Of a stretch of DNA of 64,000 nucleotides, positions 32,571 to 42,953 are shown in pieces (position 1 is the stretch's first letter; every line of letters starts with the position of its first letter). The notes under the pieces were generated by a model. That model worked only from the letters and a program-made list of their open reading frames with translations. It was not told where the DNA came from and did not search any database. The position numbers were made by a program, and so were the translations under genes. Source of the DNA: Myxococcota bacterium (GTDB lineage Bacteria; Myxococcota_A; UBA796; CAJQPC01); the NCBI GenBank assembly GCA_036012755.1, contig DASCPX010000189.1, forward strand, positions 68,374-132,373, given 5' to 3'.

Positions 32571-34106
32571 TCAGCGGTCCCCGTGAAGGTCCTTTGACAC
32601 GGCGTCGAGTACACCGACGGTCTTGTTGTAGAGGAAGCGGGCCTGTTGGTGGTTGTCACCGATGCAGACGACACCCAACTTGCCGAACTCGGAGAGCGCT
32701 CCCATGAGGTGGAAGACCACCCCTCGCTCGCTCGCTCCGTGGAAGTGGAGTCCGTGGTAGACGGCGTACTCGACGAGGTCGTCCGGCGAGAGCCCGCGGT
32801 AGAGATCAGAGTGGAGCGTGTCGCTGGCGTAGTAGTACTTCGCGGGCCCTTGGGGCGTGTGGAAGAGCCCGGTGGTGTGGTCGTAGGTTCCGTCGGTCAG
32901 GAACTTCAGCGTCAGGAAGGGGTGGGTCGTTCCGCCCTTTCGCAGGTTGACCTCGATGGCGTAGTGGACCCAGCGGTCGTCCTTGTCCTTGACGCTCACG
33001 AAGTCCGTCGCGAAGCGTCCGACGACGCCCTTGCCGGCGAGCACCTTGGCGACCCGGAAGCCAGCTTCCTGGATGTCGACCCGGTAGTCCTCGCGCGCTG
33101 GGAAGGTGCAGCCCATGAAGACCTGGCCGCTGGGGCCCCCGAGAACCTGGTCGTGGGTCGAGATCGTCATCGCCTCGCCGACGGCGTTCACCCTCGCCTG
33201 GCAGGAGGGCGACTCCTTGGGCGAGCCCTCGATGAAGAGCTCGACGATGCCTTGCATCTCTTCGTACTTGGCCTCGAATGACTCCCAGGTCTCCCGTGGT
33301 GCTTCGAAGCGAAGCTGCGGCAGGTTCTCGCGAATCCAGGCCTTCCGGTCTCCGCTCTCGGGGCAACCGTCGAAGTAGAAGAGCGCGTTGCCCTCGCCGG
33401 AGAAGCCCTCGTTGAGCTTGACCACCGCGCGGCGCATCTCCGGGTGCCGACCCTTCAGCGAATCGAGCGCTTCTGTGATGTCCCCGGCGTCGCGCAGGCG
33501 CTCGAAGCCATCCGGAAAGGTCACGCCCGCGTCGCGGAAGAGCTCCCGGCAGCCACTCTTGCTGCCCAGGGACTGCAGCGCCGGGTCGTTGGCGTAGAGA
33601 GGAATGCCCAGCGCCACGCTCAGGCTGCGCTCCAAGGGCGAGCTGTTGAAGACCGAGATGTGGGAGCTGTCCAGGTCGCCCACGGCATCTCGGATGCGCT
33701 GCTGGAGCATCGGGCGGTCGAGGATCTTGGCCGTCAGCGGGATGGCGGAGGCGTCCAGGCAGGACAGGAGCGTCAGGCGGCGGCGCGCGTGGTTCGTCGG
33801 CACGCCGGAGAGCAGGTGGAGGTAGTAGTCGACGACGCTCGGGTTCAGGGGCTGGCTCGTCACGAAGACCAGGCGGGTCCTGGGTCTCCGCAGCAGCATC
33901 AGCATGTAGAGCAGGCGTTCTTCGTAGTGGTGGACCCCCGAGATCTTCGCCAGCTCGGACTGCTCCAAAGACAGGCTCGGAACGACTACCACCGTGTGCG
34001 GCAGGCGATCGTCGACCGAGACGCTGTGGAACAGACCGGGCAGACGGGCCTTGAGCCCCTCGAAGGCCGCGAGCTCCTCCGGGGAGCCGGGTGCAGGGCG
34101 AGGCAT
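32571..34106 (-). CDS. PGM1-related ATP-grasp peptide ligase
   Basis: VVVPSLS, HYEERLL, GSKSG, KLNEGFSGEGNA, EVNLRKGGTTHP. Confidence 0.85.
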   Translation of the reverse strand: MPRPAPGSPEELAAFEGLKARLPGLFHSVSVDDRLPHTVVVVPSLSLEQSELAKISGVHHYEERLLYMLMLLRRPRTRLVFVTSQPLNPSVVDYYLHLLSGVPTNHARRRLTLLSCLDASAIPLTAKILDRPMLQQRIRDAVGDLDSSHISVFNSSPLERSLSVALGIPLYANDPALQSLGSKSGCRELFRDAGVTFPDGFERLRDAGDITEALDSLKGRHPEMRRAVVKLNEGFSGEGNALFYFDGCPESGDRKAWIRENLPQLRFEAPRETWESFEAKYEEMQGIVELFIEGSPKESPSCQARVNAVGEAMTISTHDQVLGGPSGQVFMGCTFPAREDYRVDIQEAGFRVAKVLAGKGVVGRFATDFVSVKDKDDRWVHYAIEVNLRKGGTTHPFLTLKFLTDGTYDHTTGLFHTPQGPAKYYYASDTLHSDLYRGLSPDDLVEYAVYHGLHFHGASERGVVFHLMGALSEFGKLGVVCIGDNHQQARFLYNKTVGVLDAVSKDLHGDR

Positions 34107-34112
34107 GGTGAG

Positions 34113-34118
34113 AGCTTA
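34113..34118 (-). promoter_or_regulatory. Putative -10 box TAAGCT 6 nt before ATG 34106 (leaderless)
   Basis: Minus strand TAAGCT-CTCACC-ATG. Confidence 0.55.
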
Positions 34119-34169
34119 CTGCAGTTGTCGAAGGTGACCCACGAGCACCTCCTGGTCCATGCCCACGCG

Positions 34170-35627
34170 CTATTTCGCCCCAGTGCCCAACACGACGGCC
34201 AGGGGCGTCTTCAACAGCAGCTTCAGGTCGAGGAAGAGGCTCCAGTTGTCGATGTACTGGAGGTCCAGCTTCATCCAGGTCGAGAAGTCGATGTTGTTGC
34301 GGCCGGAGACCTGCCAGATGCAGGTGATCCCTGGCTTCATCGACAGCCGGCGCATCTGCCAGCGCTCGTACTGCTCGACCTCTGAGGGGATCGGAGGCCG
34401 AGGGCCGACCAGGCTCATCTCGCCGACGAGCACGTTCCAGAACTGGGGGAGCTCGTCGATCGAGGTCTTGCGGATGATGTGCCCGACCCTCGTGATGCGC
34501 GGGTCCTTCGTGATCTTGAAGACCGGCCCGTCCATCTCGTTGTCTGCCTCGAGCGCGGCTCGGAGCTTCTCCGCGTCGGCGACCATCGAGCGGAACTTCC
34601 ACATCGTGAAGGTGCGGCCATAGAGCCCGCTGCGCTCCTGTCCGAAGAAGACACCGCCAGCGGGATCCTCGAGCTTGATCAGCACGGCGGTGACGAGGAA
34701 GACGGGGGCGAGGACAGCCAGCGCGCAGGCGCTGAGCACCACGTCCATGACGCGCTTCACGACGAGGGCTTCTGCGTTCCGAGGGGTGGACGAGAAGGTG
34801 AGGACCGAGTTGCCTTCGAGCTCCGCGAGGTCCGCCTGGGCCACGCGCAGGCCGAGGAAGTTCGCGTCCATCGTGAACTCGACCCCGATCTCCTCGCAGA
34901 CGTCCGCGATGTGGCGGAGGGTGCCGACGTCCGAGGCGTGACCGGTGACGTAGACCTGGTCGACGGGGTTCGACTCGAGGAGCTTCGCGACGTCTCGGAT
35001 GCGGCCGATCACCTTGTAGCCGAGCCCGGTGACCTCCTCGTCCTCGCTCGTGTCGGGGTGGATCACGCCGAGGACCCGGAGGCCCCAGTCGGGGCGGTTC
35101 TCGATGGAGGTGATGAAGGGGAGGGCCTCGCCAGCGCTGCCGACGATGACGACGTTGTGGACGTCGATTCCCTTTCGGAAGCGGGCGCGCAGCCAGGCGA
35201 TGAGGGCGCGCCGACTCGCGGCGACGACGAAGAGCGAAGCGACCGAGAACCCGATGAAGAGCGTGCGGCTCAGCTGGTGGACGAGCTTGAGTATGAAGAG
35301 CGTGCCCAGCGCGATGACCACGCCCGCGGCGACTCCCCGGAGCATGCGGAAGAGCAGCACGTCGCTGCGCACGCGCCGCAGGTTGTCATAGGTGCCGGCC
35401 CACTGCAGGCCGATGAGCCAGGCGGGGAGGATGAGGACCAGCATCTCCAGGTGTGCATCGACCGGGAGGGCCTGCAGCGTGTTCTCTGCGCCCTCGAAGA
35501 GATCCCAGGGCCAGATCTCGCGCACCAGGACCCGGACCTTCATCACCAGCAGGTAGGTCATCGTGATGAGCACGGCATCGGTCACCCGAGCCGCCATCTT
35601 CATCGCCGCGTTCTGCGTCTTCTGCAC
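34170..35627 (-). CDS. Polyprenyl glycosylphosphotransferase (WcaJ/CpsE-type priming sugar transferase)
   Basis: [50 protein letters not shown]; start uncertain. Confidence 0.92.
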   Translation of the reverse strand: MQKTQNAAMKMAARVTDAVLITMTYLLVMKVRVLVREIWPWDLFEGAENTLQALPVDAHLEMLVLILPAWLIGLQWAGTYDNLRRVRSDVLLFRMLRGVAAGVVIALGTLFILKLVHQLSRTLFIGFSVASLFVVAASRRALIAWLRARFRKGIDVHNVVIVGSAGEALPFITSIENRPDWGLRVLGVIHPDTSEDEEVTGLGYKVIGRIRDVAKLLESNPVDQVYVTGHASDVGTLRHIADVCEEIGVEFTMDANFLGLRVAQADLAELEGNSVLTFSSTPRNAEALVVKRVMDVVLSACALAVLAPVFLVTAVLIKLEDPAGGVFFGQERSGLYGRTFTMWKFRSMVADAEKLRAALEADNEMDGPVFKITKDPRITRVGHIIRKTSIDELPQFWNVLVGEMSLVGPRPPIPSEVEQYERWQMRRLSMKPGITCIWQVSGRNNIDFSTWMKLDLQYIDNWSLFLDLKLLLKTPLAVVLGTGAK

Positions 35628-35718
35628 GCTTACCCCTGGGGCTTGCGGACACGATATCCAGGCCATGGGGCCGGTCGCGAGGGCCGACCAAGATCTTGAT
35701 ATCGCGGAGATAGCGGGC

Positions 35719-36513
35719 ATGCGAGTCGGGAACATCGAGCTGGGCGAAGACCTCGTCCTCATCGCCGGGCCCTGCGTCATCGAATCCCGCGACTCCTGCT
35801 TGCGCCTGGCCGAGGGTCTCGCGGAGCTCTGCGCCGAGCTCGACCTGCCGCTGATCTTCAAGGCCAGCTTCGACAAGGCCAACCGGAGCTCCGGCCAGAG
35901 CTTCCGTGGACCCGGCCTGGAGGAGGGCCTCCGCATCCTCGAGGAGGTGCCGCTGCCGGTGACCACGGACGTGCACCTGCCGGACCAGGCCGCGGCTGTG
36001 GCGGAGGTCGCCGATCTGCTCCAGGTGCCGGCTTTCTTGTGCCGCCAGACGGATTTGCTCGTGGCCTGCGGCCGCACCGGCAAGCCGGTGAACGTGAAGA
36101 AGGGCCAGTTCGTCGCGCCCTGGGACATGCGCGGCGCCGTCGAGAAGGTCGGCGGGCCCGTCATGCTCACCGAGCGGGGATCCAGCTTCGGCTACAACCG
36201 GCTCGTCACGGACATGACCTCGCTCGTCCACATGCGGGCGCTGGGGGTGCCGGTCTGCATGGACGCGACTCACGCCGTCCAGGAGCCCGGGGCCTTCGGG
36301 ATCGCCTCCGGGGGGCAGCGCGAGATGGCGCCGGCCATCGCCCGCGCGGCGGTGGCGGTGGGGATCGACGCGCTCTTCCTGGAGGTCCACGAGGACCCTC
36401 CCACCGCGCGCTCCGACGCCGCGACCCAGCTCCCATTGTCTGGCCTGCGCGAGGTCCTCGAGCCCATCCTCGCCATCGACAGGGTGCTCCGCCAGGGCTC
36501 GGCGCCGGGGTAG
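35719..36513 (+). CDS. kdsA: 3-deoxy-8-phosphooctulonate synthase
   Basis: [41 protein letters not shown]. Confidence 0.96.
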   Translation: MRVGNIELGEDLVLIAGPCVIESRDSCLRLAEGLAELCAELDLPLIFKASFDKANRSSGQSFRGPGLEEGLRILEEVPLPVTTDVHLPDQAAAVAEVADLLQVPAFLCRQTDLLVACGRTGKPVNVKKGQFVAPWDMRGAVEKVGGPVMLTERGSSFGYNRLVTDMTSLVHMRALGVPVCMDATHAVQEPGAFGIASGGQREMAPAIARAAVAVGIDALFLEVHEDPPTARSDAATQLPLSGLREVLEPILAIDRVLRQGSAPG

Positions 36514-36516
36514 GCT
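36511..36516 (+). promoter_or_regulatory. Putative -10 box TAGGCT overlapping the kdsA stop, 6 nt before ATG 36523
   Basis: TAGGCT-GCCGCC-ATG. Confidence 0.5.
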
Positions 36517-36522
36517 GCCGCC

Positions 36523-37230
36523 ATGGTGTTGCTCCTGTTCGCCTGCAAGGCCGACCCGAGCGGGGTCTGGCTGTTCCACCTCGCCGAGACCCCCGACGCA
36601 GAGGACTGCGCCACCACCGTCAGCCACGACTTCGTCGGTGCCGGCCTCCCGGGAGAGGACATCGACGAGAGCGAGTGGCAGATCAGCGAGACCGCGACGT
36701 GGTCGGAGAGCTCGCTGTTCGGGCTCGTGAGCGCTCTGTCCGAGGGCTACACGCTCCTGCTCGACGGGCGCATCTACACCTCCGCCGATGGCGCCACCTT
36801 CACCCACTCGCGCGCCAGCGAGGACGACGAGAGCTGGATCCACCCCAGCGGCTACCAGTGGTCCTCGAGCGCCTCCGCGAGCCTCGAGATGACCGTCACG
36901 GCAAACCTCGAGGAGGGCTGGTCGGGCACCTGGTCCAGCGTCGACTCCACCATCGAGGACTACGAGGAGAGCGACGGCTGGAGCGAGGAGATCGGGATCG
37001 GGACCACCGGCCAGATCCCCTCCGATGACCACCTCGTCGAAGAGGACGACACGGGGACCGAGGTGCCCGTGTCCAACCTCTTCGAGGAGATCGACTGCGC
37101 GGACGACCCCTGCCAGCTGTCGATCTCGACCGACTGCAGCATCGACTGGTCGCTCTCTGCCGAGCTCACATCGCTCACGGCAGAGGACTTCGAGGCGGTC
37201 GCTGGCTACGAGACCGACGCAGGCTATTAG
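36523..37230 (+). CDS. Hypothetical acidic lipoprotein
   Basis: MVLLLFAC start; codon bias matches the host. Confidence 0.75.
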   Translation: MVLLLFACKADPSGVWLFHLAETPDAEDCATTVSHDFVGAGLPGEDIDESEWQISETATWSESSLFGLVSALSEGYTLLLDGRIYTSADGATFTHSRASEDDESWIHPSGYQWSSSASASLEMTVTANLEEGWSGTWSSVDSTIEDYEESDGWSEEIGIGTTGQIPSDDHLVEEDDTGTEVPVSNLFEEIDCADDPCQLSISTDCSIDWSLSAELTSLTAEDFEAVAGYETDAGY

Positions 37231-37247
37231 GCCGCCGAGGTGCCCGA

Positions 37248-38600
37248 ATGCTGCTCGGCCTGATCTCCGTCGCCAACTCCTCTGCCTACTACGTGTCCGA
37301 TGTCGGCACCCGCTCGATGGCCCGCGGAGGCGCCTTCATCGCCGGTGCAGACGACACCACGGCGGTCTACTACAACCCCGCAGCCCTGACCCGCATCGAC
37401 GGCGGGCAGTTCAAGCTCGACTTCGCGGGGGTCCAGCAGTGGATTACCTTCGACCGGGCTGATGTCGGCGACGAGGTCTTCGAGCCCATCGAGAACTGCC
37501 TCTGTCCCTACCCCGTCCCCACCATCGGTCTCGCCCAGGGCTTCGCCGGCGGCCGCGGGGCCTTGGCCTTCAGCGTGTACCCGCCCTATGCGCCGCTCAT
37601 CGAGTACCCGGCGGACGGACCCCAGCGCTACGATCTCGTCGACTCCACCGTCATCGAGATCACCGCCGGCCCGAGCGCCGGCTTCGAGGTCATCCCCGGC
37701 CTCAGCATCGGCGCCGGTCTCCAGTACAAGTGGATGCTGGCCGGTCAGGAGCTTGCCATCACCACTCTCGAGGGGGACGACCCGTCCAACGACATCCTCT
37801 TCGAGATGGAGGCGCGGGATCCCTTCACCCTCTCCTGGAACGCAGGGGTGTTGTGGGAGGACCCCAAGGACCAGCGCTACGCCATCGGCGCTGCCTTCGT
37901 GCCGCCGGTCACCTACGAAGCCCGCGGCTACCTGGCCGCCGACTTCAGCCAGCACGCCTTCTACGAGTCCGGCCAGATCGTCAGCGAGTCGGCCAGGGAC
38001 GACGACATGCTGCTGACCGTCAAGATGCCCATGCAGATCAAGGCGGGGGTGCTCGTGCGTCCGACCGACGCCCTGGAGATCGAGGCAGCAGGGGTCTACC
38101 AGAAGTGGGACGTGGTCGACGAGGTCGTCATCACCGACGTGGACATGGAGATCGACGTCGACATCTTCGGAACCGCCGACACCGTCGAGATCACCGACGA
38201 CGTCGTGCTCCCGGCCGGCTACCGGAACTCCTGGTCGGCGCGCCTGGGTGCCGAGTGGGACGCCGGCGATCGCCTGAGCCTGCGCGCCGGGGGCATCTTC
38301 GAGACCTCGGCCATCCCGCCCGCGACCCAGGGGGTCAACCTCGTCGACGGCAACAAGGTCGGCTACGGCCTGGGCACCACGGTGCACCTCAACCGGCGCT
38401 GGGCGGTCGACGCCGCCTGGACCCAGAACTTCCTGCTCCTGGACGAGATCACCGACAGCGAGGTCCGCCAGATCGTGGTGGATCCGATCTCCGGCGACAT
38501 CAGCGACGGCCGTGTCATCGGCAACGGCACGATGGAGAGCCGCATCGACATCGCCTCGTTGGCGGTGCAGTGTCTCTGGGGCAAGGGCGTGAGGGAGTAG
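37248..38600 (+). CDS. FadL/OmpP1-family outer membrane transporter
   Basis: RSMARGGAFIAGADDTTAVYYNPAAL, YRNSWSARLGAEW, LRAGG. Confidence 0.9.
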   Translation: MLLGLISVANSSAYYVSDVGTRSMARGGAFIAGADDTTAVYYNPAALTRIDGGQFKLDFAGVQQWITFDRADVGDEVFEPIENCLCPYPVPTIGLAQGFAGGRGALAFSVYPPYAPLIEYPADGPQRYDLVDSTVIEITAGPSAGFEVIPGLSIGAGLQYKWMLAGQELAITTLEGDDPSNDILFEMEARDPFTLSWNAGVLWEDPKDQRYAIGAAFVPPVTYEARGYLAADFSQHAFYESGQIVSESARDDDMLLTVKMPMQIKAGVLVRPTDALEIEAAGVYQKWDVVDEVVITDVDMEIDVDIFGTADTVEITDDVVLPAGYRNSWSARLGAEWDAGDRLSLRAGGIFETSAIPPATQGVNLVDGNKVGYGLGTTVHLNRRWAVDAAWTQNFLLLDEITDSEVRQIVVDPISGDISDGRVIGNGTMESRIDIASLAVQCLWGKGVRE

Positions 38601-38603
38601 ACT
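38598..38603 (+). promoter_or_regulatory. Putative -10 box TAGACT 6 nt before GTG 38610
   Basis: TAGACT-CCCGGG-GTG. Confidence 0.5.
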
Positions 38604-38609
38604 CCCGGG

Positions 38610-39494
38610 GTGACGCCGGACCACCAGGGGCCCTCGCTACGTCCGACGGCCCCATCGGACCTGGGCCCGGACCCGCTCGCCCAGCAGACGGGGAACCCGA
38701 CGGTCGCAGAGCTTCGCGCGCTCTGGGAGCACCGGGACCTGCTCTTGCAGTTCGCCTTCAACGACCTGAAGCACCGCTACATCGGCAGCTCCATCGGCGT
38801 GTTCTGGATGGTGATCAACCCCATCGTGGAGCTCTTGACCTACACCTTCGTCTTCGGCGTCTTGATGAACGTGCGCTACTCCGCGGGCGGCGGCGTCGCG
38901 CAGTACTCGCTGTTCCTGTTCTGCGGGATGGTCGCCTGGTTCTCCGTCAGCGAGTCGCTCACGCGCGCGACCACGTCGATCACCGACAACGCACATCTCA
39001 TCAAGAAGGCCCGCTTTCCTGCGGCGATCCTCCCCGGTCACGTCGTGATGAGCGCGCTCTTCAACCAGGCTGTGCGCACCTTGATCCTGGCGGTCGGCGT
39101 CATCTTCCTCGGTCAGGGGCTGTCGGGCTGGTTCCTGCTCGTGCCCGCCTTCATGGTCATCCAGACCTTCTTCGTGCTCGGGCTGGCCTTCTTCCTGGCG
39201 ACGGCCCAGGTCTACTTCCGCGACACGGCCCACTGGGTCAACGCGGTGCTCCTGGCGTGGATGTTCATGACCCCCATCTTCTACCCGCCGAGCGCCTACC
39301 CCGAGCAGTTCAAGATCCTGCTCGTCACGAACCCCCTCGCCCACACCGTGGGCATCTACCAGGAGCTCATCCTGAACCAGCGGCTTCCTCACCAGATCTC
39401 GGTGGCGATGGTGCTGCTGTCAGCGATGATCTTCTTCATCGCGGGCGTCAGCTTCTTCGCCCACCACCGGAAGAAGTTCGCGGATCTCGCCTAG
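38610..39494 (+). CDS. ABC-2 polysaccharide export permease (Wzm-like)
   Basis: DLKHRYIGSSIGVFW..INP, LIKKARFP, YFRD, TPIFYP, NPL, FADL. Confidence 0.92.
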   Translation: MTPDHQGPSLRPTAPSDLGPDPLAQQTGNPTVAELRALWEHRDLLLQFAFNDLKHRYIGSSIGVFWMVINPIVELLTYTFVFGVLMNVRYSAGGGVAQYSLFLFCGMVAWFSVSESLTRATTSITDNAHLIKKARFPAAILPGHVVMSALFNQAVRTLILAVGVIFLGQGLSGWFLLVPAFMVIQTFFVLGLAFFLATAQVYFRDTAHWVNAVLLAWMFMTPIFYPPSAYPEQFKILLVTNPLAHTVGIYQELILNQRLPHQISVAMVLLSAMIFFIAGVSFFAHHRKKFADLA

Positions 39495-39501
39495 GAGAAC
39501 A

Positions 39502-40626
39502 ATGAGCACGACCTTGGACGAGGCCTTCGCCGAGCTGCGCGAGAGCCGCCTGACCCCCGTCGTCCTCCAGGCCCTGGACTTTGTCGTCCCGGGACAGTGG
39601 GAGGACATCTCCACGCTGGATGCCCTGGTCGAGGACGTCGTCGGCGAGCCCGACGTCGCCGTCGCCGCGAAGGCTCGTGAGATCTTCATGGATCCGGAGC
39701 GGCCCTACCAGAAGACGCTGAGGATCTACCAGCTCGTAGACCGGGCTGACCAGGTCGCGGCAGGCGCGGTGCTGGCGAACAAGGTCGGCGGGCACATCAC
39801 CGCCTTGAGCTTCCTGGAGCGCTTCACTCCGAAGCCGGACACGGTCCAGGCCGTCGATGCTGCGCTGAAGCTCGTGGCCGAGATCGTGGCCTTCGGTTTG
39901 CTCGAGGGTCGACCGGAGCTCACCCGCGAGGGGCTCTCCGAGCTGGGCGAGGACCTCGCCGAGTATGTCTCCCACGACCGCGTTCGCATCGCCGCCTGGG
40001 TCGTGGTGGACGGTGTGCTGCCGCTGGGCCCGAGCTTCGTGAAGGTCATCGGCGACAAGCTCACAGAGCTCGGCGCGGGGGGCCTGGGTGACAGCTCGCT
40101 GTTCTCGAAGCTGGGGGACCTCGTGCCCGGCGAGACCGACGAGGACAAGCACGGCTTCATGCTGAAGGCGCTGGCCGCCGCCGAAGCCTGGGTCGCTGGG
40201 CTGGTGGCGGAGAAGGGACTGACCGCCGAGGGCGTGAGCGAGAAGCTGATGAGCATCGTGGAGGGCTTCGACGAGGGCACCGACTACCTCGCGGCGGCCA
40301 TCGACTCGACCACCGCGATCTACCGCCACACGGGCACGTTGACGGTCGCGCGGGCCTGCATCGAGGACGCCCTCGACGAGGTCGACGAGCCGGACGAGGA
40401 GCTCGACGCCCCCGACCCGGAGCTCGCGCCTTGGCATCGCCAGCACCGCCCCGCCCGGCGCGGTCCAGGTGGGCCTCGGGGTCCGCGCGGAGGCCCACCT
40501 CGGGGTCCGCGGGGAGGTCCACCTCGGGGTCCGCGGGGAGGTCCTGGCCGCGGACGGCGTGGTCCCGGGCGTCGCCGTCGCCGCCGCGGGCCACCCGGGC
40601 GCCGGCGGGGCCCCCGCGATCAGTAG
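39502..40626 (+). CDS. Conserved hypothetical protein with Arg/Gly/Pro-rich tail
   Basis: AGGAG SD; ALDFVVPGQW, ANKVG, TPKPD, DGVLPLG, HTGT; GPRGGPPR tail. Confidence 0.8.
   Translation: MSTTLDEAFAELRESRLTPVVLQALDFVVPGQWEDISTLDALVEDVVGEPDVAVAAKAREIFMDPERPYQKTLRIYQLVDRADQVAAGAVLANKVGGHITALSFLERFTPKPDTVQAVDAALKLVAEIVAFGLLEGRPELTREGLSELGEDLAEYVSHDRVRIAAWVVVDGVLPLGPSFVKVIGDKLTELGAGGLGDSSLFSKLGDLVPGETDEDKHGFMLKALAAAEAWVAGLVAEKGLTAEGVSEKLMSIVEGFDEGTDYLAAAIDSTTAIYRHTGTLTVARACIEDALDEVDEPDEELDAPDPELAPWHRQHRPARRGPGGPRGPRGGPPRGPRGGPPRGPRGGPGRGRRGPGRRRRRRGPPGRRRGPRDQ
40474..40545 (+). repeat. Three near-identical 24-bp tandem units (PRGPRGGP)
   Basis: cctcggggtccgcg(c/g)ggagg(c/t)cc(a/t) x3. Confidence 0.9.
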
Positions 40627-42020
40627 ACCGGGACGGCCTTGACGGTCGCGATGGTCGTCGGGAGGTCCTCCAGCGACAGGTCCCGGACCCAGGCGGCGTA
40701 GCCCTCGCGGTCGGCTACTTCGACGAAGCCCTCGCCGGGGGCGTCCCAGCCGAGGACCACGATGCGGCGGCCTTCCACCGGGATCTCGATCTTCGGGGTG
40801 CGCAGGTCCACGACCTTGACGCCGCGGACCAGGTGGCCGCAGACGGCGGCGTCCCAGCGGTCCACCCAGATCACCGTGGTGCGGCCTGGCTTCATCTGGC
40901 TCGACACGAGCGCCGAGTAGGCGTCGTTGACGCGGTCCTGTTGGCGCACGCGGGCCAGGCTCGCGGTCGAGAGAAAGGACAGCTCGGAGCGAAGACGCTC
41001 CGGCCAGGTCTTCTGGTCGAAGGGCTGCTTCGGCGTCCGGTCGGTCTCGACATCGAGGGGCTGGGCCACGAGGAAGAAGAGGGCGCTGGCCAGGGGGGCG
41101 GCGATCTTCAGCGCGCGCGGCACGGAAGCGAAGCAGGCCACCACGGCGACCGCCGGGATGTAGGGCACGAGGTAGCCGGACTTCGCGACATAGACGACCA
41201 GGTGGAAGGCAAAGGGCACCCCTGCCCACAGCGCCAGGACCCTCCATCTCGGTACTCGGCGCACGAAGGGCAACAGCAGCAAGGCGCCTCCGAGCCCCTG
41301 GAGCGTGTACACGGCGAGGTGGTGCACCTGGTGGAGGCGCCAGAAGTCCGGGTGGCCCTCCCGGATCCAGGTGAACTGGAGGATGACGGAGACGAAGAAG
41401 TCGCCGAGGCCCCCGCTGCCGATGGCGGAGGCTCCGACCCAGAGCACAGTAGGGATGGCGGCGCCGAGGAAGGCCTGGTGGAGCCGCCGCCTTCCGACCC
41501 CGTAGGTTGCGAGCGGTGCGAGGAACACGAGCAGGCTGGGTCTCAGCGCTCCGGTGATGCCGAGGGCCAGGCCGACGATGTAGGCGGGGCGCGGCCCTTC
41601 CTCGTCTCGCGCCACCAGCACCGCCCATGCCGTGCAGGCGGCGCCAGCGGCACCGGCGGCGTAGGCGTTCTCGATGAGTCCGTAGAGCCACAGCACGGGG
41701 TTGGCGGCGACCAGGGCAGCGGCGAGAAGGGGGCTCCCGCCGAGGCGCTTCGCGATGGCCCAGGTCGCCAGGACCATCGGGACAGAGGACAGCGCGGCGA
41801 CGAGACGCAGGTTGAGTCCCGGCCCGAAGGGCAACAAGCGTGCGAGACCCACCACCCCCGCGTAGCCGGGTGGGTGAGGCCGCATCTGGGTCGGATCGAA
41901 GTCCTCGACGGCCATGCCGAGCAGCACGGAGTCCACCTCGAAGGGGGACTCGGCGAGGAACAGGAGCCTGGACAGGAGGACCAGCGCGAGCAGCACTGCC
42001 AGCCGCCGGTCGATGTTCAC
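40620..42020 (-). CDS. Polytopic membrane protein, probable GT-C glycosyltransferase
   Basis: EVDSV..DFD...PHPPGY, about ten TM helices. Confidence 0.65.
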   Translation of the reverse strand: MNIDRRLAVLLALVLLSRLLFLAESPFEVDSVLLGMAVEDFDPTQMRPHPPGYAGVVGLARLLPFGPGLNLRLVAALSSVPMVLATWAIAKRLGGSPLLAAALVAANPVLWLYGLIENAYAAGAAGAACTAWAVLVARDEEGPRPAYIVGLALGITGALRPSLLVFLAPLATYGVGRRRLHQAFLGAAIPTVLWVGASAIGSGGLGDFFVSVILQFTWIREGHPDFWRLHQVHHLAVYTLQGLGGALLLLPFVRRVPRWRVLALWAGVPFAFHLVVYVAKSGYLVPYIPAVAVVACFASVPRALKIAAPLASALFFLVAQPLDVETDRTPKQPFDQKTWPERLRSELSFLSTASLARVRQQDRVNDAYSALVSSQMKPGRTTVIWVDRWDAAVCGHLVRGVKVVDLRTPKIEIPVEGRRIVVLGWDAPGEGFVEVADREGYAAWVRDLSLEDLPTTIATVKAVPVY

Positions 42021-42036
42021 AGGCCCTCCGCGATGC

Positions 42037-42930
42037 TCACTCGAGGCTGAAGCCTTCTGCCATCATGCGCTTTCGCAGCCTCTCCTTCAGCCGCCGCTCG
42101 ATCTCGTTCACCCGCTGCTTGCTGATTCCGAACCGCTCGCCAAGGCGACTGTAGGACAAGGGGTCCTCTGCGACCGTCCTCAGGCGCCAGATCTCGAGCT
42201 CGCGGCCCTCCAGGGTCGATGCGAACTTCTCCATCGCCGCGTGCACACGAACCTCGAGGTCTCGCTCGGCCACCCCCTCCTCTGGGTTGGGCAGACGGTC
42301 CTGCGGGATGGTCTCGTGCAAGGGGCGCGTGACGGTGGAGCCGGTCGGGCCGTCCAGGTCGAGCGCCGGGCGATCGAGGTGTGCGGCGACCTCGATGATG
42401 TCGGACTCGGCGACCTCGAGCGCTGCGGCGAGTCGGGGGGTCGAGGGGTCGATCCCGAGGGAGATCAGGCGCTCCCGCTCCTTCTGGAGCTGGAAGAAGA
42501 GCTTGCGTCCGGCTCGAGTGCTGCTGAAGCGCACCATGCGGTAGTTGTCCAGCAAAAACCGCAGGATCATCGCCCGGATCCAGTAGCGTGCGTAGGTCGA
42601 GAAGCGGTTGTGCCGGTAGGGGTCGAAGCGCTCGAGGGCCTCCAGCAGGCCGAGGTTGCCCTCCTGGATGAGGTCGAGCACGTTTGCCCACTGACGGTGG
42701 TACTCGAAGGCCATCTTGACGACCAGCCGCAAGTGCGCTGTCACCAGGCGCTGACCAGCCATCCTGTCGTGCTCGTCGTACCAGCGTCGGGCGAGGTCGA
42801 GCTCGTCTTCGGCGCTCAGGAAGGGGGCCTCTCGCACCTGCGCCAGGTAGACGGACAGCGCGTCTTCCTCGCCCGAGCGGGCGATCGCCGTCGAGCGGCG
42901 GCGAAGCGCGAGGGGCTGCTTTTCGTCCAT
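42037..42930 (-). CDS. rpoH: RNA polymerase sigma factor, RpoH/sigma32 type
   Basis: HLRLVVKMA, DLIQEGNLGL, RFSTYARYWIRA, RpoH-box-like RKLFFQLQK, ISKQRVNEIE. Confidence 0.85.
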   Translation of the reverse strand: MDEKQPLALRRRSTAIARSGEEDALSVYLAQVREAPFLSAEDELDLARRWYDEHDRMAGQRLVTAHLRLVVKMAFEYHRQWANVLDLIQEGNLGLLEALERFDPYRHNRFSTYARYWIRAMILRFLLDNYRMVRFSSTRAGRKLFFQLQKERERLISLGIDPSTPRLAAALEVAESDIIEVAAHLDRPALDLDGPTGSTVTRPLHETIPQDRLPNPEEGVAERDLEVRVHAAMEKFASTLEGRELEIWRLRTVAEDPLSYSRLGERFGISKQRVNEIERRLKERLRKRMMAEGFSLE

Positions 42931-42953
42931 CGACCCCGGGGCTTAACCGGGTC

